Source of the DNA: Thomasclavelia sp.
Lineage (GTDB): Bacteria; Bacillota_I; Bacilli_A; Erysipelotrichales; Coprobacillaceae
Assembly (NCBI RefSeq): GCF_017889095.1
Contig: NZ_JAGHEW010000124.1
Coordinates: forward strand, 1 to 48,665
Length of the DNA stretch: 48,665 nucleotides
Direction: 5' to 3'
Shown here: positions 1 through 10,308 of the stretch, piece after piece
Position numbering within the stretch: the first letter of the stretch is position 1
Layout of the letters: each line of letters starts with the position of its first letter
Program-made: the position numbers and the translations under genes
Notes under the pieces: generated by a model
The model's database searches: none
Told to the model about the DNA's origin: nothing
Seen by the model: the letters and a program-made list of their open reading frames with translations, nothing else

Positions 1-39
1 ATATTCTAGGATGCTTTTTTATGAAGGGAGAGGGGTCAT

Positions 40-543
40 TTGTACTGGTATGTTGTTCATGTAAGAACTAATTACACTAATCAGGTCGTTGAATTTTTTA
101 ATCGCTTTGATGACATTAGTGCTTTTGTTCCTAAAATGGAACGCTGGTATAACATCAAAGGAAAAAAAGATTATTTGATCAAAGATCTTTATCCTGATTA
201 TGTTTTTATCAAAACTAGTTTAAATCTTGATGAGTTTAAAAAGCAGTTTCATCACTTTTTTAATAGTGTTGATAATTTAGCATCATTACTTGAACACGAT
301 GAAATTTATGCTTTAGACGATCAAGAAGTGGTGTTATTAGAAAAAATGCTTAATAACGAAAAAATCGTTCGCCATTCAGTCGGTAATATTGTTAATTCGG
401 TTTTGATTGTTGATCAAGGACCATTAATCGGACTAGAAGACAAGGTTATTAAAATCGACCGTCATAAACGATTAGCTACCTTAGAACTTAGTCTATCAAA
501 CAAACAAATGAAAGTTCCCTTGGAAGTAGTAAGTAAATCATGA
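40..543 (+). CDS. NusG-paralog transcription antiterminator (LoaP/UpxY-like), copy 1
   Basis: N-terminal WYVVHVRT...FVPK...LYPDYVFI (NGN domain) and C-terminal GPLIGLE..VIKIDRHKRLA (KOW). TTG start after GGAGAGGGG. Heads a polysaccharide locus. Confidence 0.88.
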   Translation: MYWYVVHVRTNYTNQVVEFFNRFDDISAFVPKMERWYNIKGKKDYLIKDLYPDYVFIKTSLNLDEFKKQFHHFFNSVDNLASLLEHDEIYALDDQEVVLLEKMLNNEKIVRHSVGNIVNSVLIVDQGPLIGLEDKVIKIDRHKRLATLELSLSNKQMKVPLEVVSKS

Positions 544-1040
544 CCAATTGGTATGTATTACACACACTAAGTGTTAAAAGTGCCCAACTGGTAAAAAGAC
601 TAAATCAAAAGGGAACAGTAGAAGCTTTTATTCCCTGTTATGAATATTATCGTCGCAGTAGTAAAAGCTATGAAATTAAGCCGATGTTTAACGGCTATGT
701 TTTTGTAAAGTCCAATCTTTTACAAATAGAGTTTAATCAATTTCTTTATGACATGAAAGAAGAAAAAGATGGACTAATAAGACAGCTAAAAAACAAAGAT
801 GCATCGGCACTAAGAAAGCAAGAAATCGAGATGTTTGAAAAACTACTTGATGAAAACCACGTTGTAAGAATATCCCAAGTATTTTTACAAGATGGTAAAG
901 CTAAAGTAATTAGTGGACCGCTAAGATACTTTGAAAAAAACATCATTAAAATAGACAAGCATGATCGATTTGCTTATTTAGATTTGTCTTTTATGGATAG
1001 AACCATAAAAGCAGGAATAGAATTAACAAGCAAAGAATAA
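540..1040 (+). CDS. NusG-paralog transcription antiterminator (LoaP/UpxY-like), copy 2
   Basis: WYVLHT...AFIP...PMFNGYVFV NGN motif and GKAKVISGPL..FE..IIKIDKHDRFA KOW. ATGA overlap with copy 1. Confidence 0.88.
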   Translation: MTNWYVLHTLSVKSAQLVKRLNQKGTVEAFIPCYEYYRRSSKSYEIKPMFNGYVFVKSNLLQIEFNQFLYDMKEEKDGLIRQLKNKDASALRKQEIEMFEKLLDENHVVRISQVFLQDGKAKVISGPLRYFEKNIIKIDKHDRFAYLDLSFMDRTIKAGIELTSKE

Positions 1041-1069
1041 GCTGGGGAGAATGGTTTACCGCCTCCAGC
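1041..1069 (+). promoter_or_regulatory. GC-rich RNA hairpin upstream of terminator; candidate antiterminator-loading element
   Basis: GCTGGGG...CTCCAGC outer stem with inner GG-TTTA-CC, immediately after the second antiterminator stop codon. Conspicuously GC-rich in an AT-rich context. Confidence 0.45.
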
Positions 1070-1078
1070 ATGTATCTT

Positions 1079-1127
1079 GAATATAGTCAACTCTACTTGG
1101 GGTAGGGGAGACTATATTCTTTTTTTT
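1079..1127 (+). terminator. Intrinsic terminator between the antiterminator genes and the polysaccharide genes
   Basis: GAATATAGTC/GACTATATTC stem with inner CTCTAC/GTAGGG, followed by a T8 tract. Confidence 0.85.
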
Positions 1128-1189
1128 GCTTTTTAGATGGGAGAGAGGAAAAATAAAAGATTTATTGTTTTATTTAAGCAGGTGGTTCA

Positions 1190-1810
1190 ATGTATAAAAA
1201 TGGAATTAAAAGAATATTAGATTTTATTCTTTCTTTATGCGGATTAATTGTATTAAGCCCGATATTTTTAATTCTCTGTATCTGGATAAAACTGGACAGT
1301 AAAGGTTCAGTTTTATTTAAACAGAAAAGAATCGGAATCAATAAAACATATTTTAATATCTACAAGTTTAGAACGATGTATATTGATACACCTAAGGATA
1401 TGCCAACTCATATGTTAGCTGATCCTGATCAGTATATCACTAAAGCTGGCAAGTTTTTAAGAAAGACATCGTTAGATGAATTACCACAAATATTAAATAT
1501 CCTAAAAGGGGAAATGGCAATCATTGGACCAAGACCGGCCTTATGGAATCAGGATGACTTAATTGAAGAAAGAGATAAATATCACGCTAATGATGTAAGA
1601 CCGGGACTAACAGGCTGGGCACAAATTAACGGAAGAGATGAACTGGAAATACCGGTAAAGGCAAGATTAGATGGAGAATACGTAAAACGTATCTCTTTTT
1701 TATTTGACATCAAATGTTTCCTTGGAACGATCACATCAGTACTAAAGAGTGATGGAGTAGTTGAAGGAGGAACAGGAGAGATACATAAAAAGGATGGTGA
1801 AGTATCATGA
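1190..1810 (+). CDS. Priming sugar transferase (Bac_transf, polyprenyl glycosylphosphotransferase)
   Basis: KRILDF..TM..FKQKRIG..IYKFRTM, LRKTSLDELPQ, GPRP, RPGLTGWAQINGR motifs. Confidence 0.95.
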   Translation: MYKNGIKRILDFILSLCGLIVLSPIFLILCIWIKLDSKGSVLFKQKRIGINKTYFNIYKFRTMYIDTPKDMPTHMLADPDQYITKAGKFLRKTSLDELPQILNILKGEMAIIGPRPALWNQDDLIEERDKYHANDVRPGLTGWAQINGRDELEIPVKARLDGEYVKRISFLFDIKCFLGTITSVLKSDGVVEGGTGEIHKKDGEVS

Positions 1811-2601
1811 AAAGAGTACTGATAACTGGAGCCAACAGCTATATCGGAACATCATTTGAAAAGTATATAAATGAATACCATCCAAACGACTATCAGATAG
1901 ATACATTAGATATGCAAGATCCTAAGTGGAAGGAATATGACTTTTCTAATTACGATACAGTTTTTCATGTAGCCGGGATAGCACATCAAAAAGAAACAAA
2001 GGAAAATGCTTATTTGTATTATAAAGTAAATCGTGATTTAGCTGTTAAAACAGCATTAAAAGCAAAGGAATCAAAAGTAAAACAGTTTATATTTATGAGT
2101 TCAATGAGTGTTTATGGGTTAGATCATTCTAAAAAACTGATTGGTATTTATACACCAGCTAAACCAAAGACAAACTATGGCAAAAGTAAACTTGAAGCTG
2201 AAAAAGAAATATTAAAAATGGCTGATGAAAATTTTATAGTATCTATTGTAAGGCCACCAATGGTCTACGGTGAAAATTGTCCAGGTAATTTAACTAGACT
2301 GTTTAAGGCGGTAAGAAAATTTCATGTTTTTCCAACCATAAAGAATGAGCGCAGTTCTATAACGGTAGAAAAATTAAGTGAACAAATTGAAAAAATAATT
2401 TCGAATAATAAGTTTGGAATGTTTTTACCACAGAATGAACAGTATATGTGTACATATGAAATAGTAAAGAAACAAATGGAAGATGAAAAGGTAAAAGTAT
2501 TATACATACCTTTTTTTAATTGGTTAATTAGATTATTGATAGGAAAAATAGGGTTAGTCACTAAATGCTTTGGTAATCTAAGATATAAAAAATATATTTA
2601 A
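1807..2601 (+). CDS. NAD-dependent epimerase/dehydratase (extended SDR, Cap5N-like)
   Basis: ITGANSYIG Rossmann motif, YGKSK catalytic motif, RPPMVYG. Confidence 0.9.
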   Translation: MKRVLITGANSYIGTSFEKYINEYHPNDYQIDTLDMQDPKWKEYDFSNYDTVFHVAGIAHQKETKENAYLYYKVNRDLAVKTALKAKESKVKQFIFMSSMSVYGLDHSKKLIGIYTPAKPKTNYGKSKLEAEKEILKMADENFIVSIVRPPMVYGENCPGNLTRLFKAVRKFHVFPTIKNERSSITVEKLSEQIEKIISNNKFGMFLPQNEQYMCTYEIVKKQMEDEKVKVLYIPFFNWLIRLLIGKIGLVTKCFGNLRYKKYI

Positions 2602-2644
2602 ATATATTTTATGAATAGAAATAGAGATAAAGATGAGGTGTTTT

Positions 2645-3652
2645 ATGGTAGAACTAAAAAACAAACGAATTCTTTTTTTTGCACCATCTTTTTTTGGCTA
2701 TGAGAAGAAAATTAAAATTAAAATGGAAGAGTTAGGTGCAAAAGTTGATATGTTTGATGAAAGATCAATCAGCAGCAGTTGGCAAAAATCTTTATTAAAA
2801 ATAAATCCTGATATTTTTAAAAGAAAGACGGAAAACTATTACTTAAATATATTAAAAAATATCGGTGAAAGAAGTTACGATTATGTATTGTTTATAAAAT
2901 GTGAAATGGCAACAGAAAAAATTTTAACAATATACAGGAATAAATTTTCAAAAGCTAAATTTTGTTTATATTTATATGATTCCTTAATAAATATAAAAAA
3001 TATAGAAAACAAATTAAAATATTTTGATTTTATATGCTCTTTTGATCGGAATGATTGTTTAAAAAATAAAAAGATTCATTTTAGACCATTATTTTACTGC
3101 GATGAATATAAAAGAAACAATATTGAAAGTATAGATCATAAATATTATTTATGTTTTGTTGGAACTGTACACTCTGACAGATATAAAATTTTGAAAGAAA
3201 TAAAAGAGTTAGAAAAAGACGGCAAATCGGACATATTTTTTTATCCATATTTGCAGAGTAAGTTTATTTATTATTTTTATAAAATAACAAAAAAAGAGTT
3301 TAGAGATACAAAAATCAGAGATTTCAAATTCGATAAAATTTCGTCAAAAAAAATTTCAGAAATTATTAATGACTCCAATGCAGTAATAGATATTCAGCAT
3401 CCCAATCAAACTGGACTTACAATGCGTACAATTGAGATGATTGGAATGAATAAAAAAATAGTAACTACTAATAAAGATATAGTCAACTATGATTTTTATA
3501 ATCCAAATAATATATTAGTTTGCAGCAGAAATGATTTCAAAATAGACAGAAATTTTATGGAAAGGCCATATGAAAAAATACCAGGATATATATATGAAAA
3601 GTACAGCCTTCATGGATGGCTGATGGAAGTATTCGGAGGTGATTTAAAATGA
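2645..3652 (+). CDS. Capsular polysaccharide biosynthesis protein, probable glycosyltransferase
   Basis: FAPSFFGYE, FVGTVHSDR, DIQHPNQTGLTMRTIE motifs typical of cps-locus GT-B proteins. Start moved from 2633 to ATG 2645 after a GAGGTG RBS. Confidence 0.7.
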   Translation: MVELKNKRILFFAPSFFGYEKKIKIKMEELGAKVDMFDERSISSSWQKSLLKINPDIFKRKTENYYLNILKNIGERSYDYVLFIKCEMATEKILTIYRNKFSKAKFCLYLYDSLINIKNIENKLKYFDFICSFDRNDCLKNKKIHFRPLFYCDEYKRNNIESIDHKYYLCFVGTVHSDRYKILKEIKELEKDGKSDIFFYPYLQSKFIYYFYKITKKEFRDTKIRDFKFDKISSKKISEIINDSNAVIDIQHPNQTGLTMRTIEMIGMNKKIVTTNKDIVNYDFYNPNNILVCSRNDFKIDRNFMERPYEKIPGYIYEKYSLHGWLMEVFGGDLK

Positions 3653-4476
3653 AAATATTAGTAACTGGTGCTAATGGATATCTTGGTCAGGGGGTGACAA
3701 GGGAACTACTGGAAAGAGGTTTAGATGTTGTAGCAACTGATTTTAATGATGAGAAAATTGATAAAAGAGCAGAAATAAAAACAGCAGATATCTTTAACAT
3801 AAAAGATCCATATAAATATTTTGGAAGACCTGATATTTTGCTTCATTTAGCATGGCGAGATGGATTTGTACATGATTCAGTAAATCATATCAATGATTTA
3901 CCAAAACATTATAATTTTATTAACAAAATGATTAACTCAGATATCAAGCATGTAGCTGTTTTAGGAAGTATGCATGAAATTGGATTTTATGAAGGAAGCA
4001 TTAATGAACATACTTCATGTAATCCTCAAAGTTTATATGGGATAAGCAAAAATGCATTAAGAAAAGCAGTTGAACTTGTTTGTGGTGATAAAGTGGTTTT
4101 CCAATGGCTGAGAGGTTTTTATATAGTTGGAAACAGTACAAGTGGAAGTTCAATTTTTTCCAAAATAACTCAGGCTGTTAATGAAGGAAAAAAGGAATTT
4201 CCATTTACATTAGGATTAAATCAGTTTGATTTTTTGGATTATGATGAATTTTGTAAACTGGTAGCTGATACTGTGTCACAAACAGAAATTAATGGAATAA
4301 TAAACATTTGTTCTGGAAGACCTGAAAAATTAGCTGACAGAGTAGAAAGATTTATTAAAGAAAATAACTACAGTATAAAACTTCAATATGGTGCATTTCC
4401 AGACCGACCTTATGATTCAAAGGCAATATGGGGAGATGATTTTAAGATAAATATAATAGAAAAAAATGTAAAATAA
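3649..4476 (+). CDS. NAD-dependent sugar epimerase/reductase, similar to dTDP-6-deoxy-L-talose 4-dehydrogenase
   Basis: VTGANGYLG, HLAWRDGF, GSMHEIG, YGISK, FPDRPYDS. Resembles Tll-type SDRs; substrate is inferred. Confidence 0.75.
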   Translation: MKILVTGANGYLGQGVTRELLERGLDVVATDFNDEKIDKRAEIKTADIFNIKDPYKYFGRPDILLHLAWRDGFVHDSVNHINDLPKHYNFINKMINSDIKHVAVLGSMHEIGFYEGSINEHTSCNPQSLYGISKNALRKAVELVCGDKVVFQWLRGFYIVGNSTSGSSIFSKITQAVNEGKKEFPFTLGLNQFDFLDYDEFCKLVADTVSQTEINGIINICSGRPEKLADRVERFIKENNYSIKLQYGAFPDRPYDSKAIWGDDFKINIIEKNVK

Positions 4477-4627
4477 ATATTTAAGGATAGATAAAAAAAT
4501 AATGAATATTATGCAAATATATTAATTATTTATGAAATAAAAGATATTAGGCACATTAAAGATTTTTGTAATATGAGACACAGATAATGATAAAGTGATA
4601 TTTTTAATACATTTTGAGGTGATATAG

Positions 4628-5197
4628 ATGGATTTTAGGAAAATAATGTGGGCAATACGTTTTCAATTTTACAAAGTATATTTAAAAAAAGTAGGTAAGA
4701 TTGGGTATTTTGGTAAACCAATCTCTATCATTAATCCTAAAAAAATTTATCTCGGTAATAGAGTTAGAATATATCCTGGAGCAAGATTGGAATGTCATGA
4801 CAATGGAAGTATTGTAATTGAAGATAATGTTTCCATAGGACAAAATGTTCATATAACTTCTGGAAAAAAGGAATTGAGAATTAGATCAGGAACTACGATT
4901 ACTGGAAATGTTTGCATTACAAATATGGATCATAATTATTCTGATATTGACAAACCAATTCTTGAACAAGGCTTTATATCAAAAAAAACAGTTATTGGAA
5001 AAAATTGTTTTATTGGATTTAATGCGGTAATACAGGCTGGAACAGAGTTGAAAGATCACTGTGTAATAGGTGCTCATGCAGTTGTTCGAGGAAATTATGA
5101 TGATTATAGTGTTATTGCAGGAATACCGGCAAAAGTAATTAAAAAATATAATTTAAAAACAAATAACTGGGAAAGGATAAAAAATGAATATAAATAA
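4628..5197 (+). CDS. Hexapeptide-repeat O-acetyltransferase
   Basis: Left-handed beta-helix repeats (IEDNVSIGQNVHI, IGKNCFIG, GIPAKVIK). Confidence 0.9.
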   Translation: MDFRKIMWAIRFQFYKVYLKKVGKIGYFGKPISIINPKKIYLGNRVRIYPGARLECHDNGSIVIEDNVSIGQNVHITSGKKELRIRSGTTITGNVCITNMDHNYSDIDKPILEQGFISKKTVIGKNCFIGFNAVIQAGTELKDHCVIGAHAVVRGNYDDYSVIAGIPAKVIKKYNLKTNNWERIKNEYK

Positions 5198-5989
5198 TAA
5201 TGATATTACTGTAGTAATTCCAATGTATAATTCGCAAAAGACAATTATTAGAACATTGGATTCAATATGTAATCAAACTGGCATAAACTATATCAAAGAA
5301 ATTGTATTAGTTGATGACGGTTCTACAGATGAAACATATAACATTGTAAATGATTATAGGAACCATGCAAAAACAAATGTGAGAATTATAAAAAAAGAAA
5401 ATAGTGGTGTTTCATCAGCTAGGAATATTGGCATAAAATCATGTGATACAAAATGGATTGCTTTTTGTGATTCTGATGATTTTTGGGTACCTAAAAAATT
5501 GGCAGTACAAGCTAATTTTATTAATAATAACATTGATGTTGATTTTGTTGGAACAAATCACACGAAAAAGGTATTGAAAATCTTAGGAAAGAAAATAGAT
5601 ACTATTCATAAAGCTACAGTTAAGGAACTTTGTATAAAAATGTATCCACAAACATCTACAGTTTTAATTAAAAAGAAAGTTTGTGAAAAATGTGGTTATT
5701 TTGATGAAAAACAGAGATATTCAGAAGATGCTAATTTTTTTATTAAAGTTGCACATGATTTTAACTATTATTATATTCCTGAACAATTAGTAATTTATGA
5801 TAATCATCAGGGAGAATCGAGAAAATCCGGATTATCAAGAAATTTAAAAGAGATGCATAAAGGAGAAAAAAAAATATTAGAGAATTTTATCGATTGGGAT
5901 ATTTCTCCATATTTTTTTATTTAATATTGTATATTTTTTATGAATTGAAATATTTTAGAAGAATCATAATCTCAAAGTTATATTTATAA
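5184..5989 (+). CDS. GT2 glycosyltransferase with a frameshift in an A9 tract near the 3' end (as-read ORF stops at 5924)
   Basis: VVIPMYN, VDDGSTD, AFCDSDD GT2 motifs. Adding one A at 5866-5874 gives the tail KGEKKNIREFYRLGYFS...LKYFRRIIISKLYL*, ending at 5989. Confidence 0.85.
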
Positions 5990-6379
5990 AATGATTTTCG
6001 ATTTTTATTAGACAAGATGAAAATATGGATTTGTAGATTGCTCTAGTTATTTCATAAATTTTAGAAATCTATTGTATCTAAAAAAAATTTTTTTTAATTT
6101 TTTGCTTAATTGACTTCATTATACAAATTTTTTATTTTTCTCTTAAAAAAACTATAAAATTTTGACTATAAGGATTAGAAAAGTATTATAGATTGATTAA
6201 ATATATTTTCTGTTTTTTATTTAAAACACTAAATTTATATTAAATAATGAGGTTATTAAAATCATTTTTTATAAGGCAAAGACTTGGATATTAATAATTT
6301 AGATTTAGTTAATAGTAAGTAAATTCATTTTATTTGATTATAAAAATATTTTTAAGTTCATTTAATTAGATAAAAAGAG

Positions 6380-7327
6380 GTGATTAAAATTAGATTTAGT
6401 ATAGTTGTACCAATTTATAATGTACAAGAGTGGTTAAACGAATGCTTAATAAGTATAATAAATCAGACATATAAAGATTATGAGGTTATATTAGTAGATG
6501 ATGGCTCGACAGATAGTAGTGGTGAAATTGCTAAAACTTTTGCTGAAGGTTATAGTAATTTTTTTTATTTTGTTAAAGAAAATGGTGGCTTATCAGATGC
6601 ACGAAATTATGGGATAAATAAATCAAAAGGTGATTATTTGATTTTTGTAGACAGTGATGATTATTTAGAGTTGAATTGTTTGAAATTAATAAGCAAAACT
6701 ATTGATCAATATCCTGGGATAGAGATAGTTGAGTATAATGCAACTGTAAGATCTAAAGATAATTTACATAAACTAAATTTTGTTTATTCACAAACTGATA
6801 AACCTATCGAGGGTATTCGATACATGAGCGAGAATATAAAAAAAAGGTGCATTTTTGCGCCAGCATGGTTAAAATGTGTAAACAAAAAGTATTTAATTGA
6901 TAATAATATTTATTTTAAAAAAGATAGAATACATGAAGATGAATTGTGGACACCAAAATTATATATAAATGCTTCTAAAATAATTTATGTTGATGAGACA
7001 TTATATAATTACAGAATAAGGGATAATTCTATTACTACAAAAAAAGATAAGTCAAAAAATATAGAAGCAATTAAATTAAATTGTAATGAATTATTTAATT
7101 ATTATAAAAAAATGAATTTAAAAAAAAGTGATAAAAGAGTTCTTTATGATTATTTAGCTCGGCAATATATGAGAAGATGGTCTTTTGAAGGCATAAATAT
7201 TAATAAAAGCAAAGAGGATTATATATTTTTGATAAAAACATCTAAAACATTAAAAACCTTAATTAAACTATTGATCTTTACGACTGATATAAAGCTATAT
7301 AAAAGAATAGCTAATAAAAAATTTTAA
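6380..7327 (+). CDS. GT2 glycosyltransferase
   Basis: SIVVPIYN, VDDGSTD, NGGLSDARN, FVDSDD, HEDE motifs. Start codon uncertain (GTG 6380 or ATT 6389). Confidence 0.92.
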   Translation: MIKIRFSIVVPIYNVQEWLNECLISIINQTYKDYEVILVDDGSTDSSGEIAKTFAEGYSNFFYFVKENGGLSDARNYGINKSKGDYLIFVDSDDYLELNCLKLISKTIDQYPGIEIVEYNATVRSKDNLHKLNFVYSQTDKPIEGIRYMSENIKKRCIFAPAWLKCVNKKYLIDNNIYFKKDRIHEDELWTPKLYINASKIIYVDETLYNYRIRDNSITTKKDKSKNIEAIKLNCNELFNYYKKMNLKKSDKRVLYDYLARQYMRRWSFEGININKSKEDYIFLIKTSKTLKTLIKLLIFTTDIKLYKRIANKKF

Positions 7328-7387
7328 ATTATATCATATAACTTTAGGTAAGGAATTAAAAATATATTTATTTTATGAGGAATTTGT

Positions 7388-8782
7388 ATGAAAAAAATAT
7401 TTACAATTAAAAAATATGATAGCATTGTAATATTACTGTTAATAAGTTCAATTCTCATGTTATGGATGTTTAAAAATATTAATATGATAACTTTTATTAG
7501 TATTATTCAAATAATATTATTTACTTTTTCGATTATCAAATCAAATATGAAGATATTTTCTATTTCATATATATTTGTGATATTGACAATTATTACCCAT
7601 TTAGGGCATTTTTTTATTTATACATTCAATATTGATGCTGATGTACCATACTATTTTGATACATTCAATAATTTAGAAATTACTGATATTTTGGAACCAG
7701 GAATATTTATCTCGACAATAATAGGATTAATCATTATAGGAATGATAATAGGAAACAATATAAGATTTAAATATGAATTTAATAATAAGATGATACCTAA
7801 TGATTATTTTAAGATTATTGGTAAAGTATTTATTTTTATAGGTATATTTTTTGAAATATATGTTGATTATAATCTAATTAGTAGCTATTTAACTGGTGGA
7901 TATCTAGCAACTACTCAATTTGTCGAATCAGGAATAATAAATACTTTTTCAAATTTTTTTAAATATGGAATAATTTTTTTAATGATAGCATATAGAAAGG
8001 AAAAGAAAAAGTTAACTATACTTTATGTTCTGTATAATCTTTTTTTAATTATTCCCATGTTTAGTGGTAATAGATTTAATTCTATATTATTTATAATTGT
8101 AGGCGCATATGTTTATTTTATAATATTAAAAACAAAAATATCATATATAAAAATAATTAAATTACTAATATTTTCCTTATTACTATTAGCCTTCTTGAAT
8201 ATAATTGCTGATTATAGACAATCTAATTTATCATATTCGGATGTTGCTAATAATTTTATAAAATATTTAACTGGAAATAATATCATTTTTGATGCTTTTG
8301 GTGAATTTGGAGTTACATTTTATTCTGTATATTATAGTATGTTGTGTATTCCGTTAATAAATCCATATGGGTTTGGCCTTACATATATTACACCTATAAT
8401 TACTGTATTTCCTAGTGTAAGTGGTGTGTTTGGTTTAGTGGATAAGTATTTGTTATATACTAATAATTTTCCATCTTATTATAGGGCTGGACTAGGCGGA
8501 TCATATATTGGTGAGTTATATTTTAATTTCGGGTGGTATAGTTTGATATTTTCTTTATTTATAGGAATAATTATTGTATGGATAGAAAAAAAATTTATAA
8601 TTTCGGCAAAAAATAATAACTGGATTAGTGTAATTAAAATTCTACCTATTTTTGTTATTCTTTTGATGTGGATTAGAGGATATTTTAGAGATTTTGTTAG
8701 AGTTTATGTTTGGAATTTGGTTCTTATTTATATGATTATATCTGTTGTTAATAAACTTCTCATAAAAAATAATAGAATATAA
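7388..8782 (+). CDS. wzy: Wzy O-antigen/polysaccharide polymerase
   Basis: About 10-12 hydrophobic segments, GNR loop, GLGGSYIGELYFNFG motif, very low GC, position within the cps cluster. Confidence 0.8.
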   Translation: MKKIFTIKKYDSIVILLLISSILMLWMFKNINMITFISIIQIILFTFSIIKSNMKIFSISYIFVILTIITHLGHFFIYTFNIDADVPYYFDTFNNLEITDILEPGIFISTIIGLIIIGMIIGNNIRFKYEFNNKMIPNDYFKIIGKVFIFIGIFFEIYVDYNLISSYLTGGYLATTQFVESGIINTFSNFFKYGIIFLMIAYRKEKKKLTILYVLYNLFLIIPMFSGNRFNSILFIIVGAYVYFIILKTKISYIKIIKLLIFSLLLLAFLNIIADYRQSNLSYSDVANNFIKYLTGNNIIFDAFGEFGVTFYSVYYSMLCIPLINPYGFGLTYITPIITVFPSVSGVFGLVDKYLLYTNNFPSYYRAGLGGSYIGELYFNFGWYSLIFSLFIGIIIVWIEKKFIISAKNNNWISVIKILPIFVILLMWIRGYFRDFVRVYVWNLVLIYMIISVVNKLLIKNNRI

Positions 8783-9360
8783 GACTAATGTAGGAATTGT
8801 TTAATAAGATAAAAATAGATATTTAATTTCAAAATTTTTTGATTTTTACACATGAAAAAGATTAATAAATTAGTTTGATTAATTAATGCTAAATATTTTT
8901 TATTTTAGTAAAAGTAAGAACTATGTTTTTAATAAACAAAGTTTATTTTTCTTCAGTAATAAAAAAGGTGGGATCAAGATATTAAATATATTTTTTAGTT
9001 CGTAGAAAGAAATTGTGAAATAGAGTGTTTAGATTATGCATTCTATAATTTTTTACAATTTTATAATAGTTTTGAATTTGTAGAGATGTATCAAGTATAC
9101 TTAACTATATGTTAAAATTTTAAAAGAAAGGATATGAAGAGCTGAGAAAGGGCGAATAATAACAATAGTATGTATAAAATTTTTAAAACATAAATAGAGA
9201 TGACATTGTTATTGATATTGATATCTTTCGTTTTCGTTATTTAGAATACAATTTGTTGAAAAAAATTGATTTAACGTTAGATTTTATTATTTTGAAACAT
9301 ATAAATATATTTATAAATTGTTGTTTATCTTAATCAGATTGCTTCATAGTGAGAAATAGT

Positions 9361-10308
9361 ATGGAACAAGAATATAGAGTAAGTGTTTGTGTCATTACTT
9401 ATAATCAAAAAAAATATATTGAACAAGCTTTAAATAGTATTTTAGATCAAAAAACAAATTTTGAATTTGAAGTTTTAGTGCATGATGATTGCTCATCAGA
9501 TGGCACTGTTGAAATTTTAAAAAGATACAAGAAAAAATATCCAGATAAAATTACATTATTATTAGAAAGAGAAAATCAATATAGTAAAGGAAAAAAGATT
9601 ATGCCCTTGTTTATCCCTTATGTAAAGGGAAAGTATATTGCGATTAATGAAGGTGATGATTATTGGTGTGATAATTCTAAACTCCAAAAACAGGTTGATT
9701 TTTTAGAAAAGAATGATGACTATTCCTTAGTTGTTCATCGAGCCAATATGGTTAATATTAAAGGACAAATAATGAAAACAATAGGAGGTAATAAAAATAT
9801 AGATTACAGTATAAAAGATATTATATTAGGTGGTGGAGATTTTATTGCTACAAATTCAATGCTTTTCAGAAGTGAGTTGTTTTTTTCTCTACCGGATTTT
9901 TATCATAACTCTGATATAGGAGATTATATTATGTGTATTTATTATGCAAGTATGGGAAAAGTTCATTATATGTCACAAATAATGAGTGTATACAGATTTT
10001 CTTCTGAGGGATCATGGACGCAAAAATATATTGAAGATAATGATTTTTTTAACAAACATATAGAAAAAATGAAATCGATTTTGGATGAAATAAATGTACA
10101 TTATAATTATAAATATGATAACATATTACAGGAAGAAATTGAAAATTATAATATGCAAAAAGCAATTCGTTATTATAAGTATTATGAATTTAAGAAAAAT
10201 GATCGATATAATTTTAATAGATTAAGTTATAAACAAAGAATTATTTTATTTTGTAAAAGTTATTTTCCATTTTTAATTAAAATACATCATAAATTAAGGG
10301 GAATTTAG
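9361..10308 (+). CDS. GT2 glycosyltransferase
   Basis: VSVCVITYNQ, HDDCSSDGT, EGDDYW..KLQKQVDFLE motifs. ORF track start is 9349; ATG 9361 preferred. Confidence 0.92.
   Translation: MEQEYRVSVCVITYNQKKYIEQALNSILDQKTNFEFEVLVHDDCSSDGTVEILKRYKKKYPDKITLLLERENQYSKGKKIMPLFIPYVKGKYIAINEGDDYWCDNSKLQKQVDFLEKNDDYSLVVHRANMVNIKGQIMKTIGGNKNIDYSIKDIILGGGDFIATNSMLFRSELFFSLPDFYHNSDIGDYIMCIYYASMGKVHYMSQIMSVYRFSSEGSWTQKYIEDNDFFNKHIEKMKSILDEINVHYNYKYDNILQEEIENYNMQKAIRYYKYYEFKKNDRYNFNRLSYKQRIILFCKSYFPFLIKIHHKLRGI

Noticed and set aside
746-958. Short antisense or overlapping ORFs in the track (746-958, 2322-2561, 24881-25096, 28300-28551, 38707-38949, 41808-42089, 42357-42647, 44526-44717, 47409-47615)
   Set aside because: All are shadows opposite well-supported genes, with no motifs and no convincing RBS noticed.
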